DNA of 64,000 nucleotides from the human T2T-CHM13v2.0 reference genome, Homo sapiens. The position numbers were made by a program, and so were the translations under genes. Position 1 is the stretch's first letter. Each line of letters opens with the position of its first letter. The stretch is from NCBI RefSeq assembly GCF_009914755.1, contig NC_060930.1. The stretch is one strand, 5' to 3'. Below the pieces are notes generated by a model. The model was not told the origin of the DNA and did not search any database. It worked only from the letters and a program-made list of their open reading frames with translations. Of this stretch, positions 24,895 through 40,356 are shown in pieces.

Positions 24895-27800
24895 TATACC
24901 CCAATAATTGATTAATGCTTTATTAATTAATCCTTAGAGAGATTTCGATAGTGGAAAGAACAGTTCAAGTCCCACTTCTGCCAATTAATAGCTGTGTAAT
25001 CTTGTGTAAAAAGGTAACTTCTCTGAATATCAGGAATCTGTTTATAATGGGGCAACTACATAGATGCCTTGGGCTATAATGGGGATTATATGAAGTACCT
25101 GTTATATGCCTTGTAGTTAGAAGAATTTTGTGATTGGAAACAGTAGTTGGAAGTTTTAAAATTGCCCACCTTGATAACATATAATATTGATCCATGGAGA
25201 TGAATATCTCTGGAGCTTACATTTGTCACCATGTGGTGACATGTGGGATGGTTTAATGCTCAACTTAGTAAACAGTCCCCTGAGGTTAAATGTTTGGGGT
25301 ACAGCATGAACACTGCTCACATATTTCTATAGAACTACCAGAGGTAGGGGAAGAAAATCTTACAATTAAATAGCAAAGTATCCTATTGTTGGAGCAAATA
25401 AAACATTATTGAAGATGTTGTTTTAGGAAATGAAAGTTAGTACATAGTCCAATCTAACAGAAGCATAGATAGGTTAAAGTCATCTTTCTGGAAGCTAAAG
25501 GATCAAGACCTTTTTGAAACATTAAAAAAAAGTATAGTTCAGAGCTGATATATTAGATTCTGGAAAGAATAACTGTTGTAGTACTAGACTGTAAGGATGT
25601 GGACACTGCTATGGTATATAACAATAAAAAGAGAAGATAATGAATTTCTTAGTCCCCTTCACTCCCAGGGGAGTTTCCTTTAGCAATTGTTCAAGTTTCT
25701 ATTCAACTCACTTGCCAAGAATCTTCTTTGGGCCCTTAATCCCTTGATGTAGTTAAAAGCACGCAATTACCATTAACTAGTTAGATGTGCCATTGTAGAA
25801 TAGGTAGAGGATCCAGAAAAAACCTTCTATGGTAACAGAAGGTTAAAAAAAAAGAGAAATATATAGTAAATATGCATGTTATACATACATTTGCACATGT
25901 GTATAATATCCGTATATACATATATGTACACACATATGTTTTACCCAGGTATACTTACCCAAAAGGTGAACATGAAATTACATATATCGAACCTTTTCTA
26001 GGGAAGGTCTAACTTGGTAGACATTTTATTCTCAAAAACTTTGACAATTAACTCTCCATTCTAGCTAGAGTGGAATGGGTATATATAACTTTGTACCTGC
26101 TCAAAATTTCCAGTTGAAATTACCTCTCCATGTGTTTTTAAAATTCTATTTTTGAAACAGTTTAGCTTTAGCATTGGGAAAGGATACAGAACCTTTACAT
26201 AAATACATTTGTCCCTTTACATAAAGAAATTCTAGGCCAGGTATGAGTTGGATAGTTTATGATCTCCTTGCAAAGCTGGGCTAGTCACTGCAAAGTTGCA
26301 ATGCCTATTAAGCCCATTAAGCTTACCACCTAAACACATAAAGTGATAATAAGTGTTTCAGGTATCATTTTCTTTCTTATGTGTCAATTCTAAGCTTTAT
26401 CAGAAAGTACTAAAACAAACCCATATAAATTACTGATAGTTGGACTCAAACAGAATCACTAAGACTGCAAATGGCACTCTCTGAATTTTACATTAAAATC
26501 TGTTTCTTTAGGAAAACAATTTTTCATTAAAATTGCTGTTTTGTTTTAATATATCTGACATTTAGGTTAGAGGTAGCAACTGCCAATGTCTGTTACTTCT
26601 CAACAGTTAAAAGATTCTTTAAACAGATAAACAAGTTTTTAGTTGATTTCCCCACTTAACAATGTTATTAGTTGAACGGTCTACCTTGTCTTTACCAAAT
26701 GTGATAGGTGGCTGAGAAATCTGCCTCTGAACCTTCTCAGGGAGTATCACTTTCATAAAATCATTTCTTCCCTCTCTCTGAAAGATGTTTGCTACTTTCT
26801 TCAGAGGCAAGAAAATGTTTAGTATTGTACATTTAAGAATGTTAAGTTCTTAAAGAATTGTTTTAGAGATCATTAATTTTAACTTTCAGTTTTGCATTAA
26901 TTCATTTATTTCCAAAATGGCCTCAATTCTAGTCCATGTTATTACCGGAGAAATAGCAACATTTGTTTTGCTGGAGGGTTAGAATCTGTTATACACATGC
27001 CATCTCTCTTGCCACCTCACACACACACTGCCTTTTGTTCTTCATAAACCAAAGATGGTCTAGAGATGTATGACAAAATATTATTTTTAATATTACTATT
27101 ATGGTCATTGAATAGGGAATGAGCATTTCAGTTGACTTCACGTTTTGGTTACTGAACGTTAATTACCATGAATACCTCTAGAGGGTTTACCATTTCTGAG
27201 GATTAAATCATATACAACTCAAACACTTCTAAGTTACTGAGTGAACACAATGGTTTTTGAAAATTCTTAAAGAGCTTTAGAGCTCTGCAGAGCCATAGGT
27301 CATGATTGGCTGTGCCCAGATCCTTACCCTAGTGCTCGCAAAAAACTTAAGAAATGGGCATGAAGTTCAACCAGCTTTCTTGACCAACACCCACCTAAGT
27401 TTCTCTTCCAAAACAATTCCTGAACAAGTGACACATACTAAATTGTGTCACTTGTTTCTCCTCAAAGCAGAGTACAAAGTGCATCATACCAACTCAGCCT
27501 CATCCTTCTCCTCCTATCACTCTCACCATACAAAACAAGTGATTTGAAATGTCCAGTGGTTTGTATGACAGAGAGATTTCATTGTACTCAGTGGCCATGA
27601 TGTGCTGGTCTTTTTCATAACTCACACAACAGCATAAAACAAATAGACTCTGACTCAGTCAGGTATACTATCGTGTAAAAAGAAAAATAAAATGCACAGA
27701 GCAGTAGGGGATTTTTCTCAGCATGATTATTTTGCATCCAGAAAGGCTAAGAGATTGTCCCAGGTCACATGGATTGGGAGGATGTTGAGAAATTCTCAAA

Positions 27801-28169
27801 AGCAGAGGAGAGAAAGTAGGATTTATGAGTGACCTTAAAAAGGCCTTGGCCTTTCAGAAGAGAAAAGAGCTGTCCTGTAGCAATCCTAAGATTCCAAGCA
27901 TATGAAGAATTACTGTGCTGAAAACACACTTCTACTTGTATTTACCCTTACCCTAAGAGAGCTATTGGGCTTAAAACGTAGCATGAGGGAATTAGGTTAA
28001 GTACAGTTTTCTGAAAAAGAGTCTCCTTAAAAAAATAAATTATAGCTTGAGACAGTGACCGTCTCAATGGGTACCTAAATGAATGAATGATTGAAACAGG
28101 TTAAATAGTGCTGGTGGGGGGACTAGGTAGGAGCACATCAGATAAGATGGCTAAGATGGCCTCTCTTTC

Positions 28170-28550
28170 TACCTACTATTCACTCTATGTGGAATGATTT
28201 TCTCTCAGCTCTGTACATGGCTCTCTAAATTTCTTTAGATCTCTGAATGACATTGAAACAATGACATTTAATAAACTGTCACTTCCCCAGAGATGTTTCC
28301 AATGGCAATCTTTTCAAAAGTGGCCATTCCTCCCCCATCAATGCTCTATCCCTCACTCTGCTTCATTTTTGTTCATAGCCCTCATCACTAGCTGAAATTA
28401 CCATGTATATTTACTTGTTTACTATTTCATTGTCTGCATCTCATGTTAGAATATATGCTCCGTGAGGGCAGGGACGTTTATCGAACTCCTAGGCCTAGAG
28501 CATTGCCTGGTAGGTAATAAATGCTCCACACATGTTTTTGAATGAATGAA
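28170..28550 (+). mobile_element. L2 3' end
   Basis: GCTCCGTGAGGGCAGGGAC...TTTTGAATGAATGAA. Confidence 0.8.
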
Positions 28551-29089
28551 CAAATCTCTCAAGTGCCAAGGGTCTTTGAAGCTTCTGTATTTCTTATAAG
28601 ATTTGTCATGTTTCCTGCCTGCTCTAATGAGCGGAAGGGAGCTTTGTGAATTCCTTGTGTCCTACATGGATGCCCATGGAGACAAGGCTGGAAACCTGGT
28701 ACATGAATCAGAAGCCCTCCAATCTAGAGAGAAGGAACCCACCCTTTCTTCTGTGCAGGAAGCCACCATTGCAGAGAAGGGGCAGCCCCAGGTTTGGATG
28801 CCCCCTGGCAGAGTGGTGGCACTCTGCAGCTCTGAGAAGGCCCCCCACAGTGGCCAGCAGTAAAGAAGAGCATTTGCTGTTGGCTCAGAATCAGGTGAAG
28901 GAACTGCAGGTGTGGAGAACTGAAGTGTTGGGTGAGCGTCAACATTTCTGACAGCTCAGAGATACCGTTTTTAAAACTGCATACATCAAGTCTTAGCTGG
29001 GGAGATAAGGATCCAAGTGCTTAAGCAGAGCTTACTCTAGACAATTCTTGGCTGACCTCACCTGTACCTACTTGTGCCTGAAAGAGACA

Positions 29090-29240
29090 AGACACTGGCT
29101 TTATATGATTACCTATGCCTGGGCTCCATTCAGACCAGCCAGGTAAAAGTTCTGGGGGTGGGGCCTGGGCACATTAATATTTTTAAAAGATCTCCAGGGG
29201 ACACCGATGTGCAATCAGGTTTAAGAACCACTGGACTAAA
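29090..29240. mobile_element. MER5A-like hAT fossil
   Basis: GGGGTGGGGCCTGGGCA...CTCCAGGGGA...GGTTTAAGAACCACTG. Confidence 0.7.
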
Positions 29241-30354
29241 GTGAAATGTAAATTTCGTTACCAATCTCTTGGATCTCTTTCATTTTCCCAAGGGTTTGGC
29301 TCTTTGTGGAGTGGGTAGACTATTTTCAGAAATATGAGAATACTGGAGAACATCAACCCTGCACATTCACACACACAGAAATTCTGCAGTTCCCCTATAG
29401 CATTTTCTATTGAGGGCTCTCAACTTCTAGATCTTTCTGAGAACTCTCACATTGCAGAACAGACGGCTAAGTTCACAACACCACCAATGGAATTTCCAGA
29501 GAAAGCCAAATATGGCAGAATTCCATTTGTCTGATTTCCTCCTCTTTTTAGTATTATTGCTTGAGCAGCTTTGATGAAATTTAGGAAACTGGAGTCAGAA
29601 GGGCCCCTAATACAATCAGCTGAGAGCCACACTGGAGGATGAGGCTTTCTGTGTCACTATGGGAAACTAGATTTGTGGATGCTTCTACCCATTTCAAATA
29701 AACTCCCATACTTATGAAGGAGGCCTGCTGGTTGCATCCCCCTAGTATGGCTGCTTGCCCATGGGGGCTACATGTAGAAAGTGGGGATGCCTATTAAACA
29801 AACAAGACTGAGATTAAGCAAGATGGATGTAAGCAGGTGAGACAGACCCTTTCCATGTGCCTCCCTTTTCTCTGACAATAAACCTTAAAGATTTTGAAGA
29901 AGGAACTCTTGGCTCCACCAGTTATTAGTAATGAATGAAGAAGACAGATACCTTTGGGGAAGCTTTGTTTGGTGCCTAGAATTTTACGTTTGAACCTTTC
30001 TTCGTGATAAGAGTAATGGTCAGTTTTGAACAAGGAGCGCAGGTTTTCTTAACACATAACATTTGGCCCACCTTAATTTGTTCATTTTCCCCCTTTTTAA
30101 TAAGCACAACGTAGATCTTTGCTTTTTAATAATGTTACTGCTTTACATTAGATGATTAAATATCAAAAATGGAAAGCCATGTTTTCTAAGTGGCTAGAGT
30201 GTTTGTGTGTATTGGGAGTGGGGTGGGAGGGAAAACATTTTCTGTGTGCTAGACTGTCATTGTAAACTCAGCTGGATTTAGGACATTCTGATAAACTGGT
30301 AAAAGTTACCTATCACTTTCAGAGAGTGCCTACAAAGATGACAATGATGACGAT

Positions 30355-30520
30355 GGTGATAGCTAACATTTATTGAGCATTAAATAGGAGTCAGGCACTG
30401 TGTTAATTATTCTACATGTAAAATTCTCTTGTCTCTAAGCTAATAAGGTAGAAATTACTACTATTCTCACATTATATGAGAAGACTAAGGCCCAGAAAGA
30501 TTAGGTAACCTTTCTAAAAA
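30355..30520 (-). mobile_element. MIR
   Basis: ATAGCTAACATTTATTGAGCA...AAGACTAAGGCCCAGAAAGATTAGGTAAC. Confidence 0.75.
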
Positions 30521-32483
30521 AAAAAAAAAGAAAAGAAAAAAGCCCATGATGATTCAGAGCTATTGGCAGTAAATACATGTAGCACATATTTCTGGTAACA
30601 GTCTTCCTCGAAAAACCTCATAAATTTATGAAGAACAGCATCAGCTGTTCACCATCTAGCCCTGACTCACCTCCTTTCCCGTTTGCCTCTAATCTCTCAT
30701 AGAGAACCTACTGCAGTCAAAAGAATTGACTCACTAGACTGCAAAATGCTGTGCCTTCTCTCTTTCTGTATAAAATCTACCCATCTTTAAGTATCATTTT
30801 TCCATAAAACCACCCCAACCACTCACATACAACCAGCTGTAACAACTTTGTATCCTCTTAATTCCACAAAATATTCTTTGTCTTTAAAGAAACCTTCGGC
30901 AGTTGGTTATTTTTATAGCTATATCATAGATACATATGCCATATAAGCATATTTTAAACTTTTTCCTATATAAGCACAATGCCTGGCATGTTGCAGATCT
31001 CCAATAAATATTTTCTCATTATCTTTTCTGAAACGAATAAAGTTTAGAATATTTTATGACATTCTCAGGGCAAGTGTGTAAACAACAGATAACTGTTGAG
31101 GACAGAAGGGAGCTGTGAAGTTTTATTCTCCATAGATGGAATTATGTTCCAGTGGTTACTGGAAGATGTCTCTCTACCTGGTTACCCACACTGGACTTGA
31201 CGCTGGCTTTAAATGACTGCTCTCCCTTCTCAAGTGCTATGGAAGTACGACTGGCAGGACTGTGGGTCTCTGCATGCATGTTTCCATTCTCAATGCAATC
31301 ACAGACAGTGCCAAACCTTTATGTCCTTATTTTCTGAACCTTCATATGACAGGTGGTAGACATTTCCATGGCACTGACACAAAAATTAGTAAATACAGGG
31401 CTACATGTTTAAAATATTCAGGAACAAAATGCCAGATTATCAAATCTATTTCAAAAGATTGTTAAAGCTGCAATCTTGAATGACATAGCCATGTGCTATG
31501 CCAAGAACACATAAATCCCCACCTGTAAAGCACCAGGGTGTCACCTGCACACCCAACAATAAAGAATTCAGGGTTTTTCCTTAAGTTAAGACTAAAGCAA
31601 GGATGGTAAATGATTATGCAATGTAATTCACCTTTTATTCCTCCCACCACACAATGAACAACTGACCTTCTGTGCGTGTATATGTGTGAGTGAACTGTTT
31701 AAATAAGAAGCTTCAGCTAGTTCTTCTATTAAATATGAGAGAAAAAATAAACATTTCCATTTTGCAAGCCTGGCATCTTCTCCATAATATAAAGCCAAAT
31801 GGAAAATAAAAGGGAATGAATATCATCAGAGGACGATTACCTATGACAAGTCAACAACTGCTGCCGGCAATCAGTGAGGACCAGCATGTATAATACTAAG
31901 CCTTAAGATGCGAAATATTTATGCCTAAACTTTATGAACAACTGCTCAAGGAAAATGACTTGCTTTCTTTGCCTGACAAAGAAAATTTAGGCAGCTGTTC
32001 TCCAACTTTGATTTCCAGAAAGCTGGGGACTGAAACTGCCATCTGTAGAACAGCTATTGTTTAATTTGAAGACCACATCACAGGATATTTAAGTGACATG
32101 CCAGAAAGGGTTATTGCCCCACTGTCAGGCTGGCCTGGATGCTGGGTTTATTATGTGTGCTTTCTTCATGTAATCATTGATTCAAAATCCCTCTTGACAT
32201 TGAGGGCTGGAAAATTCTCCTTATTGACAAAGATACAATATGAGAATATGAAAATGTGTCTACTCAGAAAGGACTGACCAGGGATTACCTAATAAAAAAG
32301 ACAAGAAGAAACAATGGCAGACCTTGTCATATTTAAAAATAATATGCTGGTCCCTCTTCCAACTTATTCTACTTAATGCAGCCATGCACTCACTACATGC
32401 ATTTCTAGCGCAGACTATGAGCTGAAAACTATTAACCAAAGTCTTATTTCTTCATGCTAAAAAGGCTCTGCCAAGCAGCGTCA

Positions 32484-32856
<373 letters not shown>

Positions 32857-34825
32857 GAAGCTATTTTTTTTTCTCCAAGCCTTTTATCTCTAGGCAGTGC
32901 AGTGGAGCAAATTGAACATGATTATGTGCTAAATCTGAACTCAGACTAAATCAATTCAAGCAGCGTTAGCTAGGAACTGAGTCATAGCTGTTGTTGCAGC
33001 CGAGTGCTTATGTTTGCAAAAAGCAGGAGGGGGTGAATCTGACACCAGAGTTTCTTCTTTGAGGTGGGGGAGGTGTAATTCTGCAGATGAGCCTCCTGAG
33101 GTTAAGGTTTGACAATTTTCTGCCTTCGAGATGAGCAGGAAGTTGAGGCATTTTGCAAATTGCTTGGCTTCTGTTAATTGCTCTGTGCCACTCAGAGCAG
33201 CCACACATGTTCTGGGCATCCTAATGCATCCCGGGCATGGGCTGAATAGAAATCCGTTCTTGGAGTGACTAAAGAGCTGGTCGTCTGTCATTTAGGGAGC
33301 ATGGTAAGAGGAGATAATTAGAGGTTTGTGGAAATTCTATTTGAAGGCTATAAGTGCAGACCAGTAACGCTAAGAGCACCCTTCCAAGCTCAGGATTTCA
33401 GGCTGTCTCCAAGGTCATTCAAACCAAAAGCAGTTCATGGAAAGGAGTTACAGCAAATATTTCACACGGGGACAGATGGCAGGGTCTAACGGGCAAACTC
33501 ACTGATGTGTCTCAGAGCTTGTCAGATCCTCGGGGCTTGACTTCACCTGAGACTTTGAACACATCCTTTTGCTTTCTCAGGCTTTTTTCCTGATTATAAA
33601 TCCCTGAGGGGCAAGGCCACAGATGATTTACCTTTATATCTTCAGTCTTTCACAGATTGCCTGGCACAAGAAGATGATACTTGTTTAATAAATAAATCAA
33701 TCAAACAGGAATAGCCTCCTTTCACAGGAGTGACCAAAGGAAAAATTTCCAATTGTTTTTTATTTTATCATTAGTTATACAAGTCCCAGTAGAACTCACT
33801 AACATTGTAGCAGTATCTATCCTTAAGAGTTCAGTTGTATCTTCAGTGGCCACTGGAACATCCTGATTTATAACAGATTGGTACTTTTCTAACATATGAC
33901 TGGACAAAAGCCTCCCAATTTTACATGCAGATGAGAAAGGTGACATTTCAGACTGAGAGTAGAAGCTTTCTCATTTGTCCTCATTGGTGTACACTTGAGT
34001 CCAATGTTCCCCTTCAACAAGGCATTTTCTATGCTAAAGGTAATCAGGCCACAAATATGGATATTTAGACTGATGAAACTGTGTGTGTGTGTCTTTGTGC
34101 ATTTGTTCAAGTGGCATTTATTTCGCTGTCCAGGACACTGTGGGAAATATTAAGTCATATATGCATATAATCCAACTAATATCAAGTAATGACTATGCAA
34201 AGCTCTGCATCTGATACTCTCAAGGATAAAATGATGAAAAAGCAAATGTCACTATCATCAATGGGCTTAAAATCCAGGGGAGGAGATAAGACATGGAGAC
34301 CAACATTTCACAAGGCAGGGATGGTGATGGCTGAATAGGTATAGGAAGTGTTCAGTGGGAGCACTGGAGAAAGAGCAATGAATGCTGAATGCTGGATCCC
34401 ATGTTAGGATGGCAGGTGAGCATCAAAGAAGGGGAGGAAATTTCTGCTCTGACCTTGAAATACGGGAAAGATACTGGCAGACAGAGAAGTGAGGGGTGCC
34501 CTTCAGCTAGGTAAAAACAGACTAGAAATGTCCAAAGGAAAGAATAAGGCATTTGGATGCAAAACTCACTCAGGGTTAAATCTGGCTGGAGCCTGAAGTA
34601 TACAAGGCAGCCGGAGCCAGATGATGCAAAACCTGGCCAACATGAAGTACCAGGCAGCTTTTGAAAAGGTAAATGGGGGATCTACCTGTACAAGTGTAGC
34701 TAAAATGTAAAGTAATACAAAGATGAATGTGATTTTGAATATCACTGGCATCTGTTCAAGAGGCAAAACAAAGAAATGAATATTTTTTCATATGCCATGG
34801 CATATCCTAAAATTTATTTTTTACA

Positions 34826-35023
34826 TTTCACAGCATACTGGTAAATGTTTAACAATCAGCTCTCTGAAAAGAAACATTTCAATTTTTAGCATTCATCAAT
34901 TTCTATGGTGTAAATATGCTCATCATGGCTGATTTCCAGCAGTCAGTGTGAAGTCAAACTGAATACAAAGTTGGGAAGACATGCATGTAATCTGCTCACA
35001 CGGGCTGTTCCAGCACATCACTG
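34826..35023 (-). mobile_element. MER63A-like hAT-Blackjack fossil
   Basis: CTGGTAAATGTTTAACAA...TCCAGCACATCACTG termini. Confidence 0.7.
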
Positions 35024-35714
35024 TTTCATACTCATGAAAACGTTATGCCATATCAGTGACAGTTCATCCATAGAGGCAAAGTCCACGTGTGCCCAGAGCC
35101 CATCAAGAAACAACAGCAAAGTAGAAGCAACACATTCTAATCATTGCTCTGTTTACATAAGGGGCTGTATGAATTATTTCACACTTTATGTTTAGGAAAG
35201 AGCTATAAAAGATAAACATTGCTGTGATATGCCCTGACCAGAGGACATTATCCAGGAAGCAAAGCCCTACTTGAAGTTGTAAAATAGGCAGTTTTTTTTT
35301 TCTGATGTATCCTCAGCTTTCCCTTTCTAATTTGATTCTGCCCTACAGATTCCTTCCTGCTATCCAAGCACCCACTAACTTTATGCTTTCCTCTTTTAAA
35401 ATATCTTTTCAAGGACAGTTGTCAACTCATCTGTATAAGCATTAAATGACTGATAACTCATAGTATTATCCCTCCCAGAGGAATACATATTTTAATAAGA
35501 GACAGAGTCTTAAGTTGGGCAAATTGTGTTTTTAGGGCAGAGTTCTAGGCATCAAGAGCAGATGATTTGTGGGGCAAAGGAACTTTCCAGTAACTCTGAA
35601 CTAAAATTAGTGGGTTTTAAACCCCCAACTTATTGGGTTTTTAATAGTCATTCGTCTATACAATATGGTCATTTTCCTATTGGCTAGAGAGCCCAGGAGG
35701 CTCTCCTGTTATAA

Positions 35715-36038
<324 letters not shown>

Positions 36039-36099
36039 GAGAATGTGTTTTTTTATAGCTAGGGGCTGACTTGCAGCCTTGGAGGTGTCTAGAATATAG

Positions 36100-36690
36100 A
36101 TATACTTTGGCCAATGGCTACAAGGCCTTGTAAACACTAGACTTGGATTATTCTCCCACTTCATCTCATATCATTCTCACCTTTCTTCACTCCTCTTGTT
36201 CCAGCCCAATTGGCCTTATTGGTGTTCCAAAAAAAAAGAAAGAAACAAAGGAAAAACTTCCAAGCTCATTCCCATCTCAGGCCCTTTGCACTTGCTATTC
36301 CCTCTCTCTGAAAATATTCAGATCTCTTCATGGCTTGCTCCTTCTTATCATCTGGATCTCCGCTCAGATCACATCTCTTTGGAAAAGTATTCCCCAATCA
36401 GCTAAAATAAAAATTGTGTGCACATTTTTACACACACAGAGTCAATCACTATCCTGGCATCTTCATTTTAACTTTCTTCACAGCACTTTTCACTACCTGA
36501 AATTATTCTGTTCATTTATTTCTTTATGTGTCCACTGCTTGTCCTCACAACTAGAATTTAATCTCCATAAAAGCAGAGATTTTTGCCTATTCTGCTCCCT
36601 GCTTATTCCCAGGGGCTAGAAGGATGCCTGACACTTAGGAGTTACTCTAATAAACATCTGAAAGATGAATGGATAAATACACAAATGAAT
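36100..36690 (+). mobile_element. L2a 3' portion
   Basis: CAGGCCCTTTGCACTTGCTATTCCCTCT...GATGAATGGATAAAT. Confidence 0.8.
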
Positions 36691-38327
36691 CTAAAAAGGC
36701 AAGTAGAGAGACTCAAACCAATAGAGGTGCCTCCTAGATCCAGGAGTTGCAGGGAGGCTTTTGCAGAAGGGCTGCAAAGGCATGGTGAGTTCGGTGATAA
36801 CCTCTCATCTCTGAGAGCTGAGTCCTGGCTTAGCTCTGTTCAGGAGTGTCCTTTCCAGCTGAAGTGGCCAGAAAACCTTGGGATTCATCCAAACCACTGC
36901 TCTTGCAATGACTGATCACACTGAGGAAAGGATGCATTATGCACAGACCCCTTGGACAGAGGCCATTGCCCTCCCTTCAGTTCAGGCAATTCTCTAAAAG
37001 GATGGACAGCTGAGCTGATACACTCACCTCCATCTCAGCAGGAGGGGATGCACACCTTCCAATCCCAGAGGAAGCTGTGGTAGCAGCAGCCAAGCCTGTT
37101 TGGCTAATGAGCATAGAAGTTCCCATTACAGCTATGGGTTGTCAAAGGCTCTGCTCCTTCTGTATGGCCTTCTGGATCATCTGTTTTTTAAATGTTTATT
37201 ATGGAGAATTTCAAATATATTCAGCAGAAGACAGAATATAATAATGAGCCTTCATGTATCCACCACCCAGGTGCAAGAATAATTAACAAGGGGCCAATCT
37301 TGCTTCCTCTCTGCTAGTCACTCTCAGAGTGTGGTCCCCAGACCAACAGCATCAACATCACTAGTGAGCTTATTAGAAGGGCAGATTCTCGGGCCCCACC
37401 CAAGACTGAATCAGACACTCTGGAGGGAAGACCAGTATCTGTATTTTAATAAGCCCTCCAGGTGATTCTGATGCAAGCTCAAGCCTGAAAACCACAGCTC
37501 CACGTCTTCACCCACTTCCATACTCACTCCAGATTATTTTGCAGCAGGTGCCTGGCATCATATCATTTCATTTATAAATATTTCAGTATATATCCCTAAA
37601 AGACAAAGGATTCCTCTTTTGAAATCACAATACGTACCATCACACAATTCGAAAAGCAAGAATATTTCCTTAGTATCACCAAACGTCCTGCCAGGGTTCA
37701 AATTTCTCCAGCTGTACTATGATGTCCTCTCACTTCCCATCCTTTCTCCCCCTCTCCTTGATCGCATCCTGGTGTTCCTTCTCTTCCTTCTTTCCTCTTT
37801 AATAGTTTGCTTATTTAAATTGGGATCCAAACTACTGTGTCTCTCATGTTTCTTTTAATCTATAGAGTTCTCCTCCATTTCTTTTTCTAATTCCTTGCAG
37901 TTTGTTGGTGGTGATGAAGCCATGTTATTTGTCTTTTAGAATTTACATATAGTGGAAATTTAGAAACTCGACACAGTGTAGTTTAACAGATTTTTCTGTT
38001 GCCTGTAGGTTCTGTTGTTTAGATCCAGATGCTTAAGGGATTCAGGTCTGGCAAGACTCCTTCCTAGATGGTGCTATGTGTACTTCTATCAGTGGGTACA
38101 TAGAGTCTGGCTGTCTCTCTTTTGTGGTATTAGTGCCTTCATGCTCAATGCCTAGGTGCGTTCATTTATTAGGATTTACACAATGATGATATTCCTCCTT
38201 CATTTATTCATGGAACACTTCCATTAAGAGGAACTACTTCTCATCTACTATTTAGTTACTTTGAGCCATGGTTTTTGTAATAAAGGCAAAAATAAATATT
38301 TGCTTCTTTTCCTTTATTAATTAAAAA

Positions 38328-38439
38328 CTTTTTATGAGATATGTTGCCCAGGCTGGTCTCCAATTCCTGGCCTCAAGTGATCCTCCTGCCTCAGCCTCCA
38401 GAGTCACTGGGATTACAGGCTTGAGACACTGCACTCAGT
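38328..38439 (-). mobile_element. Alu left monomer (FLAM-like)
   Basis: TATGTTGCCCAGGCTGGTCTC...GGGATTACAGGC. Confidence 0.85.
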
Positions 38440-39444
38440 TTTTTTTTTTCATGATTTACTTCCCTATTATCCTGCAAAGATCACTGAGGGTTTTTTCATT
38501 TTTATTTTTAAAGTATCATTAGGAATTCATGGATTAAACATATGTGATGGTTAACCATATTAAACGTATAAAACTACAATACATTGAGGTTTAATCTTAT
38601 TAATGCTCAAATTGCCCATCTTTAGCTAGTGGGAGTTTAATCAGGTTGGTTCCTGAGTCCTCTGACAAATCTTCAAAGGGCACTTACCTTATGGTATGAC
38701 AAGATGTTCCAGACTCATCTTGTTCATTTCCTGCCTTAGATAAGGAGTCAGGCATTTCTCCAAGGAACCCCAGTTCCACTTGGTAAATATTTCAACATAT
38801 TTTAAGATATCAATCTAGAGGCTTACAGGAGCTCTTTGTACTGGGTTGGGTATTGTTTATAAGCCTTTTCAGTGAACAGAGCTAGAAAATATGTAAATAT
38901 TTTAAAGATAACATATGCCATGAGTTCAGATTGATCATTCCATTTCAGATCCAGGACTACAGAGATTCTGCTAAAACACATAAGTCTTACATTTGTATCC
39001 CTTTCTTTCACACCAGATATCTTCGTTCTTACCAGCAACATAATTGGCTAGTTGCCTTATCCCACACTATAGGCACAACAGCCTTGGAATCACAATATTA
39101 ATGCAACCAGAAAGAGTTTAAGATTTTTTTCTAGTTATTTTTGTCCTTAGAGTATATCCCATAAAGCATATACAAATTATGTCTTACAGTCATTTAGAAT
39201 AGCACATCTATTCCACCAACTAAAGACTAAGTTAGGTTCATCTGTTTTTGATGCCTAATGATTGTTTTTCTCTTTAATTTTGTGTTATAATTATATAAAA
39301 TATTTCCATGGCTCAAAAATCAAAACTACAGATCTATAAAGAAATCCAGCTTCTATCCCTGTGATCAAAATATTCTTTCTTTCCTTCTCATACATCCTTA
39401 TTGTTTAGCCTCTCTCATTTTAAAAATTCTTTTTTTAATCTGAT

Positions 39445-40356
39445 TTTTTTTATTATACTTTAAGTTTTAGGGTACATGTGCACAATGTGCAGGTTAGTTA
39501 CATATATATACATGTGCCATGCGGGTGTGCTGCACCCATTAACTCATCATTTAGCATTAGGTATATCTCCTAAAGTTATCCCTCCCCCTTCCCCCCACCC
39601 CACAACAGTCCCCAGAGTGTGATGTTCCCCTTCCTGTGTCCATGTGTTCTCATTGTTCAATTCCCACCTATGAGTGAGAATATGCAGTGTTTGGTTTTTT
39701 GTTCTTGTGATAGTTTACTGAGAATGATGATTTCCAATTTCATCCATGTCATTACAAAGGACATGAACTCATCATTTTTATGGCTGTATAGTATTCCATG
39801 GTGTATATGTGCCACATTTCCTTAATCCAGTCTATCATTGTTGGACATTTGGGTTGGTTCCAAGTCTTTGCTATTGTGAATAGTGCTGCAATAAACATAT
39901 GTGTGCATGTGTCTTTATAGCAGCATGATTTATAGTCCTTTGGGTATATACCCAGTAATGGGATGGCTGGATCAAATGGTATTTCTAGTTCTAGATCCCT
40001 GAGGAATTGCCACACTGACTTCCACAATGATTGAACTAGTTTACAGTTCCAACAACAGTGTAAAAGTGTTCCTATTTCTCCACATACTCTCCAGCACACG
40101 TTGTTTCCTGACTTTTTAATGATTGCCATTCTAACTGGTGTGAGATGGTATCTCATTGTGGTTTTGATTTCCATTTCTCTGATGGCCAGTGATGATGAGC
40201 ATTTTTTCATGTGTTTTTTGGCTGCCTAAATGTCTTCTTTTGAGAAGTGTCTGTTCATGTCCTGTGCCCACTTTTTTGATGGGGTTGTTTTTTTTTCTTG
40301 TAAATTTGTTTAAGTTCATTGTAGATTCTGGATATTAGCCCTTTGTCAGATGAGTA
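39445..40356 (-). mobile_element. L1PA3/4-like 3' end (about 0.9 kb)
   Basis: ORF2 C-terminus ORF 39752-40210 plus 3' UTR. Lacks Ta diagnostics (AAAACTTAAAG, AAAGGACTAT). Confidence 0.93.

Noticed and set aside
28603-28951. Overlapping 73-101 aa ORFs in GC-richer unique DNA
   Set aside because: No recognisable homology or splice architecture; lengths are within chance.
32860-33800. RCAN1-4-style NFAT cluster or a MEF2 site at the promoter
   Set aside because: Only scattered GGAAA sites, and CTATTTTTTT misses the MEF2 consensus. Isolated perfect MEF2 10-mers elsewhere (740-749, 44537-44546) are expected in AT-rich DNA.
36143-36619. 158-aa ORF (and the 157-aa ORF at 22355-22828)
   Set aside because: Both lie in decayed L2 3' regions and have no domain signal.
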